From an uncultured Acidobacteriota bacterium (GTDB lineage Bacteria; Acidobacteriota; UBA6911): a DNA stretch of 64,000 nucleotides. Made by a program: the position numbers and the translations under genes. Location: positions 1 through 64,000 of the forward strand of contig CAWEJX010000019.1 in NCBI GenBank assembly GCA_963809485.1. The letters are read 5' to 3'. The notes under the pieces are model-generated. The model worked only from the letters and a program-made list of their open reading frames with translations. It did not search any database and was not told where the DNA came from. How positions within the stretch are numbered: position 1 is the stretch's first letter; each line of letters begins with the position of its first letter. Below, piece after piece: positions 1 to 10,309 of this stretch.

Positions 1-103
1 TGCAGTGACCGGCGAGCCGAAAATCAAGGATTGCTGGAAGCAATCTGCGGGATTAATTAGGGACTGCCGGATAGGTGGAGGGAATCTGGCAGAGGAGCCT
101 GGC

Positions 104-1219
104 TCAGGCTGACTGCGGTGATGTAAATACAAACGCAGCTCGAGCTGCGGATAAACCAACAAGCCATCTTCGGCCGAGCTGATCTGCAAAATCACGCAGG
201 CTTGAAACTAGGCCAGCCGCGAGATGGAATTTCGGACCGAAGCGGGAAATGGTATCTATCCAGGCTTGGGGATTGGCTCCAATGCGCAGCAGAATGGGTG
301 CGAGCTGGGGATCAATGGCTCCGCGTTTGTCAGCCCGCAATAGGCGCCCCGACCGGTCTACCAGATTGAAGTAATCGGCTTCAGTCATCTGCAGGATGCC
401 GCGACGGTGGGTATCTGATTGAATGGGACACAGCCAAAGGGATGAGGGGTTGAGAGAGCCGACAGGGATAGCCTCGGGATTGCAGCCGGGAATAGCTCTT
501 TTGTCTTCCGACATTGGCATGTTCTCCGCGGAAGAATCGTCCGGGTTGTGCTGAGTTAACTTGCTGGTTATCAGAGCTTTGCTGGCCATTTCGTTCTGCC
601 AGGTGCGAATCCGTTCCTGAATGCTGGTGAAGTCGCTTTCTTCGGGAGTTGGGGCCAGGCCGGCACGGATGGGATTCAGATCCACATAAACCATACAGGC
701 AGCAATGGCAGCCTCGTCGAGCAGGGCCTGACATTTGAATCGGGATTCCCAGAATCGGCCCTTGACGTTATCTTCTTTATTAGCGGCTCGGGCGATGAAT
801 TCGTTGAGGCGGCCCATAAACCAGCTGAGGCTGCAGAGTCGTTTGCGCAATACGGCGATACGTTCGGGGCAATCGGCCAGGGCGCAGATCTGGGCTTCGG
901 AAGGGGGTCCGTGCCGTATAGGGAATAGGGTAAGCCATCGGCTGGCCACCTCGCGATCGGACCAGGCGGCGGCGATTTCGAGGCAGATACGAAGAATGAC
1001 GTGGAAGTGGTTTTGCATGACGGCGAAAGCACAGACATCGATGGCAAAAATGGCGGAGAGGAACCGTAACCTGTCGACCAGCCATGCTTTGCGGTGGGAG
1101 AAGTCGCGACCGGTGTGTGCATCGAATCCATATAGAAACGCCCGGCGGACGCAGCGGCTGAAGCAGTGATAGACGCCATTTTGTCCTTCCTGGACATATT
1201 TGCTTCGTGGCAAAGTCAT
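104..1219 (-). CDS. REP-associated tyrosine (Y1/HUH) transposase, RAYT-like long form
   Basis: N-terminal YHCFSRCVRRAFL, HUH motif (VMQNHFHVIL), GRFWESRFK, catalytic Tyr in YVDLNPIRAG, typical of IS200-like/RAYT transposases. Confidence 0.88.
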   Translation of the reverse strand: MTLPRSKYVQEGQNGVYHCFSRCVRRAFLYGFDAHTGRDFSHRKAWLVDRLRFLSAIFAIDVCAFAVMQNHFHVILRICLEIAAAWSDREVASRWLTLFPIRHGPPSEAQICALADCPERIAVLRKRLCSLSWFMGRLNEFIARAANKEDNVKGRFWESRFKCQALLDEAAIAACMVYVDLNPIRAGLAPTPEESDFTSIQERIRTWQNEMASKALITSKLTQHNPDDSSAENMPMSEDKRAIPGCNPEAIPVGSLNPSSLWLCPIQSDTHRRGILQMTEADYFNLVDRSGRLLRADKRGAIDPQLAPILLRIGANPQAWIDTISRFGPKFHLAAGLVSSLRDFADQLGRRWLVGLSAARAAFVFTSPQSA

Positions 1220-1332
1220 GGTTCACTCCTTTTGATACATCTAATGGTGAATCCATGGAATGTGCCAAAGAAAATGTATAGATAAGTGGATGTTCAGGGC
1301 ATTGACAAGATTAGAAGATACCTGCCTTTTTA

Positions 1333-1438
1333 GAAACCGTGGGTAAAAACGGTGGGGAAAACGGTGGGTGTCCACGTTTTCCACGTTTTCCTCCACGTTT
1401 TCCCGTTTGTGGGTGTCCACGTTTTCCCACGTTTTCCC
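1333..1438. repeat. Stuttered short-repeat tract (GGTGGGTGTCCACGTTTT / CCACGTTTTC copies) upstream of the transposase
   Basis: Two full GTGGGTGTCCACGTTTT copies plus several partial CCACGTTTTC and AAAACGGTGG copies read directly. Confidence 0.8.
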
Positions 1439-1487
1439 TTGTCATTATAGGGTGACAACGGGAAGCGGTCGGCTCTGTAAGTGCCCC

Positions 1488-2321
1488 TTACCTTTTAACA
1501 ACGCTCAGCCTCACAACGGCGGCGGCGGCGCTGAACTTCACCGCGTCGTTCTCGTCGTCGAGTAGCGGAACGATTGCCTTCAGCAGCGCTGGATCACCTC
1601 GCTTCGCGATCGCGTCGACGACCGCGGCCCGAACAACCCACTTCGGATCTTTGGCCGAGGTGGCCAGAGCCTCGCCGCTCTTGGGATCCGGATCCCGCGC
1701 GAGCTTGGTTGCGGCTGCTGCACGGACCGGGGACGCGTCATCCTTGGTCACCGCCTTGAATACTCCGTATCCGGCACTTGCGAACGGCACGAATCCGATC
1801 CCGACCTCGAATCCCATGTTTGCCATCGCCTTCGGATCCTTGAGCATCTTCATTTGCGATTCCACCAGCCCCTCGCCGGTCTTTTTCTCGCCCAACAGAA
1901 CGGCATAATAGACCTGAAAAGCGGCGGGGTCTCCCAGCCGGAACAGGGCGTCGGCGGCCGAAAAGACGACACCCGCGTCCTTGTCTTCCTTCACCATCCG
2001 CTGCAGCTTCAGACTCGAACTCTTGGCGCCCATCTGTCCCAGCGCAGAGGCGGCCGCACTCCGCACCTCGGATTTCTCATCGGCGAGGGCACTCTCGGCC
2101 ATCTGTTGGGCGGTTTGATCGTGGACCGCTAGAGCGAGCGCGCGGAAGGTATTGACCCTCTTTTCGACGTTCTTGTCGGCTGCGCCCTGCTTCAGGATGC
2201 TCCAGGCCTTGTTCACCGGGGCCTGTGCTTGTAGCAGAACGGAGAATAACAGGATGAAGAGCAGGCCTGCAAATATGTATCTGATGCGCACAATCGTCTT
2301 CCTTTCGCTGGCAGCTCGCAA
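1488..2321 (-). CDS. Exported HEAT-repeat protein (true start probably near 2291)
   Basis: Signal peptide-like hydrophobic N-terminus; repeated VRSAAASALGQMG / VRAAAATKL / VRAAVVDAIAKRGD HEAT motifs. Confidence 0.8.
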   Translation of the reverse strand: MRAASERKTIVRIRYIFAGLLFILLFSVLLQAQAPVNKAWSILKQGAADKNVEKRVNTFRALALAVHDQTAQQMAESALADEKSEVRSAAASALGQMGAKSSSLKLQRMVKEDKDAGVVFSAADALFRLGDPAAFQVYYAVLLGEKKTGEGLVESQMKMLKDPKAMANMGFEVGIGFVPFASAGYGVFKAVTKDDASPVRAAAATKLARDPDPKSGEALATSAKDPKWVVRAAVVDAIAKRGDPALLKAIVPLLDDENDAVKFSAAAAVVRLSVVKR

Positions 2322-2612
2322 GGCAGCTGGACACCGGGGCGAGCATCCCTTATTGCTTTGTTAAATCTCACAGCAGTTGATATTATACACCGCGGCGCGC
2401 TATACATGTATTTGAACACGCCCCCCTGTGCGTTGCCGCAGCACCATGCATCGCGTCTTCATTGCCGGAATTGTCGGCGACGGGACTGCGGCGGCTCTCG
2501 CAACACAATATCCTCACGGCTCGGACGACTCGATCACAGTCAACGCTTTACAGAGTGGTTTCGAGATTACGAAATTGGATTTTTAACAAGCCGCAGAGAA
2601 AGGAATCGAGAA

Positions 2613-3644
2613 ATGGGAAAAGAACGGCAAACATTGTTATCTGCGGCATTCAATATTGCTCGCATCGCACTGGGCGCCTTCATTTTATGCCTGGTTACCA
2701 AGACAGCGGCTCCGGCGATCGATCCCCTGCCTTCATGGAACGATACTGCGCCAAAGAAATCGATCATTGCCTTCGTGCAGAAAGTTGCGAAAGAAGGCTC
2801 GCCGGATTTTGTGCCCGCGGCCGAGCGCATTGCCACATTCGACAACGACGGCTGTCTTTGGGCCGAGCAGCCCATGTATTTCCAGTTGATCTTTGCGCTC
2901 GACCGCGTGAAGGTGCTGGCACCCAAGCATCCTGAGTGGAAGACCCTGCAACCCTACGCCTCGCTACTCAAGGGCGATCTGAAGGGTGCGCTGGCCGGCG
3001 GCGAGCACGCGATCGCGGAGATCGTCATGGCCACACACGCGGGAATGACCACGCGGGAGTTTGAGCAAATCGTGAAAAACTGGGTTGCAGCCGCGAAGCA
3101 TCCCAAGACGGGCAGGCTTTACACCGAGATGGTCTATCAGCCAATGCTCGAACTGCTCGCCTACCTGCGCGCCAATGGATTCAAGACCTTCATTGTCTCC
3201 GGTGGCGGTATCGAGTTCATGCGGCCGTGGACGGAGAAGGTATATGGCATCCCGCCCGAACAAGTGGTGGGCAGCAGCATCAAAACGAAATTCGAGATGC
3301 GCGACGGCCGGCCGGTGCTTGTCCGGTTGCCGGAGTTGAACTTCATTGACGATAAGGCCGGCAAACCGGTTGGCATCAACACGAACATCGGCCGCCGCCC
3401 GATCGCCGCCTTCGGCAACTCTGACGGTGACCGCGAGATGCTGATGTGGACGCAGGCAGGCGGCGGTGCGCGCTTAATGATGCTGGTGCATCACGACGAC
3501 GCGCAGAGGGAATTCGCCTACGGCGCGGAATCGAGGGTAGGCACGTTCAGCAATGCACTCATGCTCGAGGCAAAGAAAAAAGGATGGATCGTAGTCAGCA
3601 TGAAAAGCGATTGGGAACGCATTTTCCCATTTGAAAGCAAGTGA
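2613..3644 (+). CDS. Exported HAD-superfamily hydrolase (acid phosphatase-like, sulfatase-cluster type)
   Basis: DPLPSWND, motif I FDNDGCLW, IVSGGG, AFGNSDGD; start taken at ATG 2613. Confidence 0.85.
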   Translation: MGKERQTLLSAAFNIARIALGAFILCLVTKTAAPAIDPLPSWNDTAPKKSIIAFVQKVAKEGSPDFVPAAERIATFDNDGCLWAEQPMYFQLIFALDRVKVLAPKHPEWKTLQPYASLLKGDLKGALAGGEHAIAEIVMATHAGMTTREFEQIVKNWVAAAKHPKTGRLYTEMVYQPMLELLAYLRANGFKTFIVSGGGIEFMRPWTEKVYGIPPEQVVGSSIKTKFEMRDGRPVLVRLPELNFIDDKAGKPVGINTNIGRRPIAAFGNSDGDREMLMWTQAGGGARLMMLVHHDDAQREFAYGAESRVGTFSNALMLEAKKKGWIVVSMKSDWERIFPFESK

Positions 3645-4183
3645 GCTTAATGAGCAAACGGCAAGGAGCAAAATCGAGCCGCAGTCATGCAAAGGCACAC
3701 GGCAGGAAGAAATTCCCTGTTGGCGTGGTGCTATTTCTTGCCTTGGCGGCGGTGGTGATTCCGGGCCTTTGGCTGAACCGGTCGAAGCTCGTGGAAACGC
3801 TCAACACGACGCAATCCGTTGAAACCAGAATTCATCAGGGCACCGCAGCCACTGTGCCACCGACGACCGAACTGGGATTCCAGAAGCTTACCGGCCGTTG
3901 GCTCCGCCCGGATGGTGGGTACATTCTCGAAATCAAGAGTGTGGATACAAGCGGGAAAATGGAGGCGGCCTATCTTAATCCCCGCCCAATTCATGTGGCT
4001 CGGGCGGAAGCATCGATGAACGGCACCACGACAAACGTCTTCATCGAACTGCGCGACGTGAACTACCCGGGCTCGACCTATACGCTGGTTTACGAGCCCG
4101 TAAGCAATCAGCTCAAGGGCATCTATTTCCAGGCGGCCATGGAACAGACGTTTAACGTTTACTTCGTGAGGTTGCAGCCGTGA
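3641..4183 (+). CDS. Membrane-anchored hypothetical protein
   Basis: Overlaps neighbours by 4 nt (GTGA), one TM segment, conserved-looking GRWLRPDGGY...YPGSTYTLVY domain. Confidence 0.7.
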   Translation: MSLMSKRQGAKSSRSHAKAHGRKKFPVGVVLFLALAAVVIPGLWLNRSKLVETLNTTQSVETRIHQGTAATVPPTTELGFQKLTGRWLRPDGGYILEIKSVDTSGKMEAAYLNPRPIHVARAEASMNGTTTNVFIELRDVNYPGSTYTLVYEPVSNQLKGIYFQAAMEQTFNVYFVRLQP

Positions 4184-5454
4184 ACAACCTCAATGAACCC
4201 AAATTCGTTCTTCCGCCGCAGCCAACCGGCATGCGGCATCGTTTTCACGCAATGGTGAAGCCTGCCGGTTCCATGTGCAATCTCAACTGCACATACTGCT
4301 ACTACCTCCACAAAGAGGGGTTGCTGCATCAGTCGCATGCCCCGCGGATGACCGACGAGATCCTCGAACAGCACATTCGGCAGTACATCGAGGCGCAGAC
4401 CGGCGACGAGGTGGTATTCTCCTGGCAGGGCGGCGAGCCGACCCTGCTCGGCCTGGACTTCTTCCACAGAGTCGCTGAACTGGAAGCTCGCTACAAGAAG
4501 CCCAACCAGCGCGTCGATAATGATCTTCAGACCAACGGCCTATTGCTCGACGCCGAGTGGGCGGAGTTCCTCAAACAGCACAACTTCCTCATCGGCCTTA
4601 GCTGCGACGGCCCGAAGCGGCTGCATGACCATCACCGGACCACCAGGGGCGGTGGGCCAACTCATGACAGGGTCATGGCGGCAGCCCGTCTGCTGCACAA
4701 GTACGGAGTGCCGTTCAACGCGCTCTGCGTAGTCAACCGTGAGAACGCCAAATATCCGCTCGACGTGTACCGGTTCCTGATTCGCGAGTTAGGCGTGCAT
4801 CGGGTGCAACTGATTCCATGCGTCGAGCCGAAAGTCTTTCAAGATGTGGCGCCGCAACATTGGGACGCGGCAAGCCTGCCGTTAGTGGGCGAGCTGCGGT
4901 CCCATCCGAGCGCGCCGGATTCGGTGGTGACCGATTGGTCTGTGGATCCGGACGACTGGGGCAGTTTCCTCTGCAAAGTTTGGGACGACTGGTATCGGCG
5001 GGGTCATTTCGGCAAAATACATGTAGATCTCTTCGAAACCGCAGTGGCTCAATCATTGGGCGAACCTTCACAGAAGTGCGTCACGAACGAGTTCTGCGGC
5101 AAAGGCATGGCGATTGAGCACAATGGCGACGTCTTTGCATGCGACCACTACGTCTATCCAGAATACCGCGTCGGTAATATTTCCAAAACACACTGGGGAA
5201 CCATGGCCTATTCCGAGCTGCAAAAGAGGTTCGGCTTCGCCAAACGCGACACACTTCCCCCATATTGCCGCCAGTGCCAGCATCTGAATCTCTGCTGGGG
5301 CGAATGTCCCAAGAACCGGCTGGTGCGCGCGCCGGACGGAGAGGCCGGCCTGAACTACCTGTGCCCGGGCCAGAAAAGGTTTTATACGCATATCCAGAAG
5401 GACATGCCGGAGATCCTGCGCCGCGTGCAGGAGGAACGCGCGAAGGTCCTGTAA
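4180..5454 (+). CDS. Anaerobic sulfatase-maturating enzyme (radical SAM/SPASM, anSME)
   Basis: KPAGSMCNLNCTYCYY, WQGGEPTL, QTNG, SPASM cysteines (CDHYVYP, CRQC, CWGECPKNR, NYLC); adjacent to a sulfatase. Confidence 0.92.
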   Translation: MNNLNEPKFVLPPQPTGMRHRFHAMVKPAGSMCNLNCTYCYYLHKEGLLHQSHAPRMTDEILEQHIRQYIEAQTGDEVVFSWQGGEPTLLGLDFFHRVAELEARYKKPNQRVDNDLQTNGLLLDAEWAEFLKQHNFLIGLSCDGPKRLHDHHRTTRGGGPTHDRVMAAARLLHKYGVPFNALCVVNRENAKYPLDVYRFLIRELGVHRVQLIPCVEPKVFQDVAPQHWDAASLPLVGELRSHPSAPDSVVTDWSVDPDDWGSFLCKVWDDWYRRGHFGKIHVDLFETAVAQSLGEPSQKCVTNEFCGKGMAIEHNGDVFACDHYVYPEYRVGNISKTHWGTMAYSELQKRFGFAKRDTLPPYCRQCQHLNLCWGECPKNRLVRAPDGEAGLNYLCPGQKRFYTHIQKDMPEILRRVQEERAKVL

Positions 5455-5738
5455 TGAAAGCCCATGCACGGGAGACATCGGCTTCCACCCGCAAATCGCG
5501 TGGCATGAGTCAGCCCCACAAGAAGGGCATTGGCCGCGCTTTTTTGCGTCCTCCTGAGAACAGACGCAACCGTCCGGCCTGCCCTGAGGGTTGTATATCG
5601 ACTCAACCCGAAGCCCCGTCGGCAGAGCTTTTGCAGGTCTTGCCGCCAAATGAGGTGGTTTACCTCAATGCAACCATGAACAGAGTCTACGAAATCGGAA
5701 ACGGAAAGAGTACAAACCCAACACGAAGGAGGGAAACG

Positions 5739-7364
5739 ATGAGAGCAGCAAAGGAATTTCCCGCGAGGAACGCTTGCGGGGAAATCAGCAGCACGAAGCG
5801 GTTGCTGACAACGCTGGGAGTAGCGGGCGGAGTCATGCTTTCGGCCAGCGCGATGTCGTTATGCGCGCAGGGGGCAGGCCAGGCCCCGGCAGCGAGGCAA
5901 AGCCAGAAACCCAATATCGTTATCATATGGGGAGACGACATCGGCGGATTTAACATCAGCGCTTACAACATGGGCATGATGGGCTACAAGACGCCGAATA
6001 TCGACCGCCTGGCGAAGGAAGGTGCGCTATTTACCGATTGGTATGGACAACAGAGCTGCACCGCCGGCCGCGCGGCGTTCATCACGGGACAGTCGCCCAT
6101 GCGTACCGGCCTCACAAAGGTCGGCTTGCCGGGCGCGCCCGAGGGTATGAAGAAAGAAGATCCGACCCTCGCCGGGTTGCTGAAGAACCACGGCTACATG
6201 ACCGGCCAGTTCGGCAAGAACCACCTCGGAGACCGCGACGAGATGCTGCCCACGAATCACGGCTTCGACGAGTTCTTCGGCAACCTCTACCACCTGAACG
6301 CGGAAGAAGAACCGGAGCATCCCGACTATCCAAAGGACCCGAACTTCAAAAAGCAGTTCGGCCCGCGCGGAGTAATCCATTCCTGGGCTGACGGTAAGAT
6401 AGAGGATACGGGCCCGCTGAACAGGAAGCGCATGGAGACGGTCGACGATGAGGTTACCGCAAAGGCGCTCGACTTCATGGATCGCGCCAAGAAGGCGGGC
6501 AAGCCGTTTCTGCTCTGGTGGAACTCAACCCGCATGCACATTTTCACGCATCTCAAGAAAGAGTCCGCGGGCAAGACCGGCCTCAGCGTCTATGCCGACG
6601 GCATGGTCGAGCACGACGGCCACGTAGGCCAGTTACTGGCCAAGCTCAAGGAGCTTGGCCTCGAAGACAACACCATCGTGATGTATTCCACCGACAACGG
6701 CTCGGAATCCTTCTCCTGGCCTGATGGTGGCACCACGATGTTCCGCGGCGAGAAGAACACACAATGGGAAGGCGGTTACAGGGTGCCAACGCTCATCCGC
6801 TGGCCCGGCGTCATAAAGCCCGGCACCATCATCAACGAAGTCGCTGCACATGAGGACATGATCCCTACACTGCTGGCTGCCGCGGGCGAGCCCGATGTCA
6901 AAGAGAAACTCCTGAAGGGTTATCGCGCGATGGGGCGGGACTACAAGGTCCACCTCGACGGCTACAACCTCCTGCCCGCGCTCAAGGGCCAGGGCGAATG
7001 GCCGCGCAAGGAGTTCATCTATTGGACCGACGATGGTAACGTTGCGGCATTGCGCTACGGCAATTGGAAAGCCACGTTCCTGCGGCAGAACGCGCACGGC
7101 ATGGGCGTCTGGATGGAGCCCTTCGAGGCGCTGCGGGCGCCATTGCTGACCAACCTGCGCATGGACCCGTTCGAACTCGCTCACGACATAGGCATGGATT
7201 ACGACCGCTGGTTCGTCGAACACATGTTCATGTTCGCGCCGGCGATGGCTTACGCCGGACAGTGGCTGCAGAGCTTCCGTGAGTTTCCCCCGCGTCAGAA
7301 GCCAGGTAGCTTCAACCTCGACCGTGTCATGGAAACGATGATGAACAACTCCGGCAAGCAGTAA
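5739..7364 (+). CDS. Cys-type arylsulfatase
   Basis: KPNIVIIWGDDIG, formylglycine motif SCTAGRAAFITG, FGKNHLG, STDNG, GEKNTQWEGGYRVP; RBS GGAGG before ATG 5739. Confidence 0.92.
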   Translation: MRAAKEFPARNACGEISSTKRLLTTLGVAGGVMLSASAMSLCAQGAGQAPAARQSQKPNIVIIWGDDIGGFNISAYNMGMMGYKTPNIDRLAKEGALFTDWYGQQSCTAGRAAFITGQSPMRTGLTKVGLPGAPEGMKKEDPTLAGLLKNHGYMTGQFGKNHLGDRDEMLPTNHGFDEFFGNLYHLNAEEEPEHPDYPKDPNFKKQFGPRGVIHSWADGKIEDTGPLNRKRMETVDDEVTAKALDFMDRAKKAGKPFLLWWNSTRMHIFTHLKKESAGKTGLSVYADGMVEHDGHVGQLLAKLKELGLEDNTIVMYSTDNGSESFSWPDGGTTMFRGEKNTQWEGGYRVPTLIRWPGVIKPGTIINEVAAHEDMIPTLLAAAGEPDVKEKLLKGYRAMGRDYKVHLDGYNLLPALKGQGEWPRKEFIYWTDDGNVAALRYGNWKATFLRQNAHGMGVWMEPFEALRAPLLTNLRMDPFELAHDIGMDYDRWFVEHMFMFAPAMAYAGQWLQSFREFPPRQKPGSFNLDRVMETMMNNSGKQ

Positions 7365-7632
7365 TGCCGCGCTGACTGAAAACAATCCACGTGTCGTGCC
7401 TTGCGGGCGGAATTGGCACAGCCCTCCTCGCCCGCAAGGCACGGTCCTTGCCAGAAGCACAACGTGAATTCCACCGGAGATCCCGCCGCTCAATCCACGG
7501 CAGAGACGCATCGCATGATGCGCCTCGCTCTTTCTCGGAAAAAGAGTTGAGAGATGGCGCGAGAACGGCAAATTCTGCTATATTCGCACTACGTCATTTT
7601 ATTAGCGGCCGGAAACCTTTGGAGGGAACCAA

Positions 7633-9123
7633 ATGAAAAGAGATGGACCATTGCCGGCCTTTCTCGTTTTTTTTCTGCTCATGGCGGCGGCCGCTACGGC
7701 GCAAAAGGCAGACAAACCACCGAGCGTAACCGGAGAGTCTCCCACTACGCTGCAGCAGCAAACTGCACGCAAGCCTATCGTCAGCAAATGGACCGGCGAC
7801 CTGGACGGAATGATCGAGCGGCGCCTCATCCGGATCCTTACGACCTACTCAAAGACACATTACTTTGTCGATCAGGCCACACAGCGCGGCCTGGTTTTCG
7901 ACACAGCAAGCCTGTTCGAGGAAGACCTGAACAAGAAACTCAGGAACAAGAATATCCGGGTGAACGTGGTGGTCGTTCCGGTCTCGCATGATGAACTCAT
8001 CCCGGCTTTGCTGGAAGGGCGGGGAGACATCGTGGCTGCAGGCACGATGATCACGGACCTGCGCAGAGAGAAAGTCGATTTTACCAATCCGACCAGGACC
8101 GGCGTCTCCGTCATTGTTGTCACCGGGCCCGGTGCATCCCCCGTTGCCAGGGTAGAAGACCTGGCAGGCAGGGAGGTGTACCTCCAGCTGTCCATGGTCT
8201 CCTCACAGGGCATCAAACGTTTCAATGACGAACTGGCCAAGAAAGGCCTCCCGCCCGTGAAGATCCGGCCTGCGCCCGAGGTGCTTGCCGAAGAGGACAT
8301 CCTGGAAATGGTCAACGCCGGCCTGGTCAAGACCACCATCGCGTTCGACTACCTCGCCGAGTTCTGGCAGCAGGTCTTCCCGAAAATTGTCCTCAATCGG
8401 AGCGCGGCCGTGAAAACCGACGGTCAGCTCGCCATGATGACCCGCAAGAATAGTCCGCTGCTCAAAGCCGAATTGAACGCGTTTCTCGCGCGCTATCCCG
8501 AAGGTTCCGCGCGACGGAACATGCTGCTGCAGAAATATCTGAAAAGCGTCAAATTCGCAAAAGCGGCGACATCCAGTACCGAGAGGTCCAAGCTTGAGGG
8601 CACCCTAGCATTGTTCCGCAAGTACGGGGAGAAATACACGCTTGATTACCTGCTCATGGCGGCGCAGGGTTACCAGGAATCGCAGCTCGACCAGAACGCA
8701 AAAAGCCATGTAGGGGCGATCGGCGTGATGCAGGTGATGCCGGCGACCGGACAGGAATTGAAGGTCGGAGACATCACGCAGCTCGAACCCAACATTCACG
8801 CCGGAGTGAAGTACATCCGTTTTATGATGGACAGGTACTACGCGACCGAGCCCATGGACCTGCTCAACAAGGGCTTGTTCACGTTTGCAGCCTACAATGC
8901 CGGACCAGGGCGCATCAGCCAGCTGCGCAAGCGCGCGGCCGGCCGCGGCCTTGACCCCAACAAGTGGTTCAATAACGTGGAGGTCCTGGCGGCCGAGTCC
9001 ATCGGGCGAGAGACGGTCCAGTACGTCGCCAACATCTACAAATACTATCTCGCATACCAGATGCTCCTGGAACAGCAGGAGCAGCGACTTAAGACCAAAC
9101 AACAGCCTGCCGGCAAGAAATAG
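7633..9123 (+). CDS. MltF-like lytic transglycosylase (periplasmic-binding domain + SLT domain)
   Basis: Signal peptide, PBP-like N-domain, SLT motifs QESQL, AIGVMQVMP, AAYNAGPG, ETVQYV. Confidence 0.85.
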   Translation: MKRDGPLPAFLVFFLLMAAAATAQKADKPPSVTGESPTTLQQQTARKPIVSKWTGDLDGMIERRLIRILTTYSKTHYFVDQATQRGLVFDTASLFEEDLNKKLRNKNIRVNVVVVPVSHDELIPALLEGRGDIVAAGTMITDLRREKVDFTNPTRTGVSVIVVTGPGASPVARVEDLAGREVYLQLSMVSSQGIKRFNDELAKKGLPPVKIRPAPEVLAEEDILEMVNAGLVKTTIAFDYLAEFWQQVFPKIVLNRSAAVKTDGQLAMMTRKNSPLLKAELNAFLARYPEGSARRNMLLQKYLKSVKFAKAATSSTERSKLEGTLALFRKYGEKYTLDYLLMAAQGYQESQLDQNAKSHVGAIGVMQVMPATGQELKVGDITQLEPNIHAGVKYIRFMMDRYYATEPMDLLNKGLFTFAAYNAGPGRISQLRKRAAGRGLDPNKWFNNVEVLAAESIGRETVQYVANIYKYYLAYQMLLEQQEQRLKTKQQPAGKK

Positions 9124-9185
9124 TGGCCTGAAGATCCACCGCGCCGGTCGCAAGCGTGCCACGTTCGGCATCGGCTACCGGGTCC

Positions 9186-9209
9186 GAAAAACGTGGACAC
9201 CCACTGTTT
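9186..9209. repeat. Inverted copy of the 1358-1380 motif (AAAAACGTGGACACCCACTGTTT)
   Basis: Reverse complement matches AAACGGTGGGTGTCCACGTTTT with one mismatch. Confidence 0.8.
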
Positions 9210-9353
9210 GTAGAAAGGAAAACCTAAGGAGCTAGCGCTTGTATCACTGGAACAAGGTAATATTTTCATTCACCCGCATTATTTATTCTAACGTCCTATC
9301 TCTTTGCAAAAAAAACGGTTAAAGCCACAAGCCCTGTTGCATAGAAGGGATAA

Positions 9354-9682
9354 TACACCTACGACGAGCTGGGAAACATTTCGCAGGTCAACGAGCAGGA
9401 AGCGGCCGTGAACCCGAGCATAGTAAAGACTTACAGCCACAATATCCTGTAAAAGCTGACTCAGATAGTTCGGATCGGGCAGGGCAACCCGCCGGACCCC
9501 AGATCAGGGCTTTTGCTTACGACGGTCTGGATCGTCTGACCTCGGATACGCACCCGGAGAAGGGCACGACGACCTACACGTATGACGATAATGGAAACGT
9601 ACTGAGCCGGACGGATGCCCGTGGGATTGTGGCGGTATCGACCTATGATGCTTTGAACCGGCGGACGTCAACCAGTTTCTAA
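9354..9682 (+). pseudogene. Rhs/YD-repeat gene remnant
   Basis: Manual translation: YTYDELGNISQV..., in-frame TAA, frameshift, then YDGLDRLTSDTHPEKGTTTYTYDDNGNVLSRTDARGIVAVSTYDALNRRT; no start codon. Confidence 0.8.
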
Positions 9683-10182
9683 AGCTCTTCCACGCGGACT
9701 CCTTCGCGACGCAGCAGGTCCCGCTTCATTTCCTTCCCCAGGCCGTAGTTGCCGGTGCCTCCGGTGCTCGGCACCACCCGATGGCATGGAATCAAGATGG
9801 GGATCGGATTGCGCGCCATCGCGTTGCCGACGGCACGCGCGGCTTTGGGACTCCCCACGCGGCGCGCCAGCCATACATAGGTCCGGACCTCCCCGCGCGG
9901 CACCTGCTGAAGCGCTTTCAGCACCTTCCTGTGAAATCCGGTAAGGCCGGAAATGTCCACGGGAACAGCATCAAATGCCCGGCCCGCCGCAGCCTGCCGG
10001 ACCGCGTGAATGCAGGACGCCGGGATATCCCCCCGTTCGGGTTTGACGCCCGTCAGGCGGAGGTGCATGGATTCAAATGTGGTAGCGGACTGCTTTGCGG
10101 GATGGATCATGGTAATTCCGTCCGGACCACAGGCCACCCAAAACTTGCCCGTCTCCGTTTCAACCTTGCTGTAGTTGTTCAT
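9679..10182 (-). CDS. ogt: Methylated-DNA--protein-cysteine methyltransferase
   Basis: AARAVGNAMARNPIPILIPCHRVV active-site motif. Confidence 0.9.
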   Translation of the reverse strand: MNNYSKVETETGKFWVACGPDGITMIHPAKQSATTFESMHLRLTGVKPERGDIPASCIHAVRQAAAGRAFDAVPVDISGLTGFHRKVLKALQQVPRGEVRTYVWLARRVGSPKAARAVGNAMARNPIPILIPCHRVVPSTGGTGNYGLGKEMKRDLLRREGVRVEEL

Positions 10183-10309
10183 GGCACTTCTCCATCGAAA
10201 CCCATAGGTATTTTTCATATAATATCAGCGCACCTGTGGCGCGGGGAAGATATCCCTGCCGCCGGATGCAGGAAACCAGGGGAATTTTCATTTAGATCCG
10301 GAGTCTATC

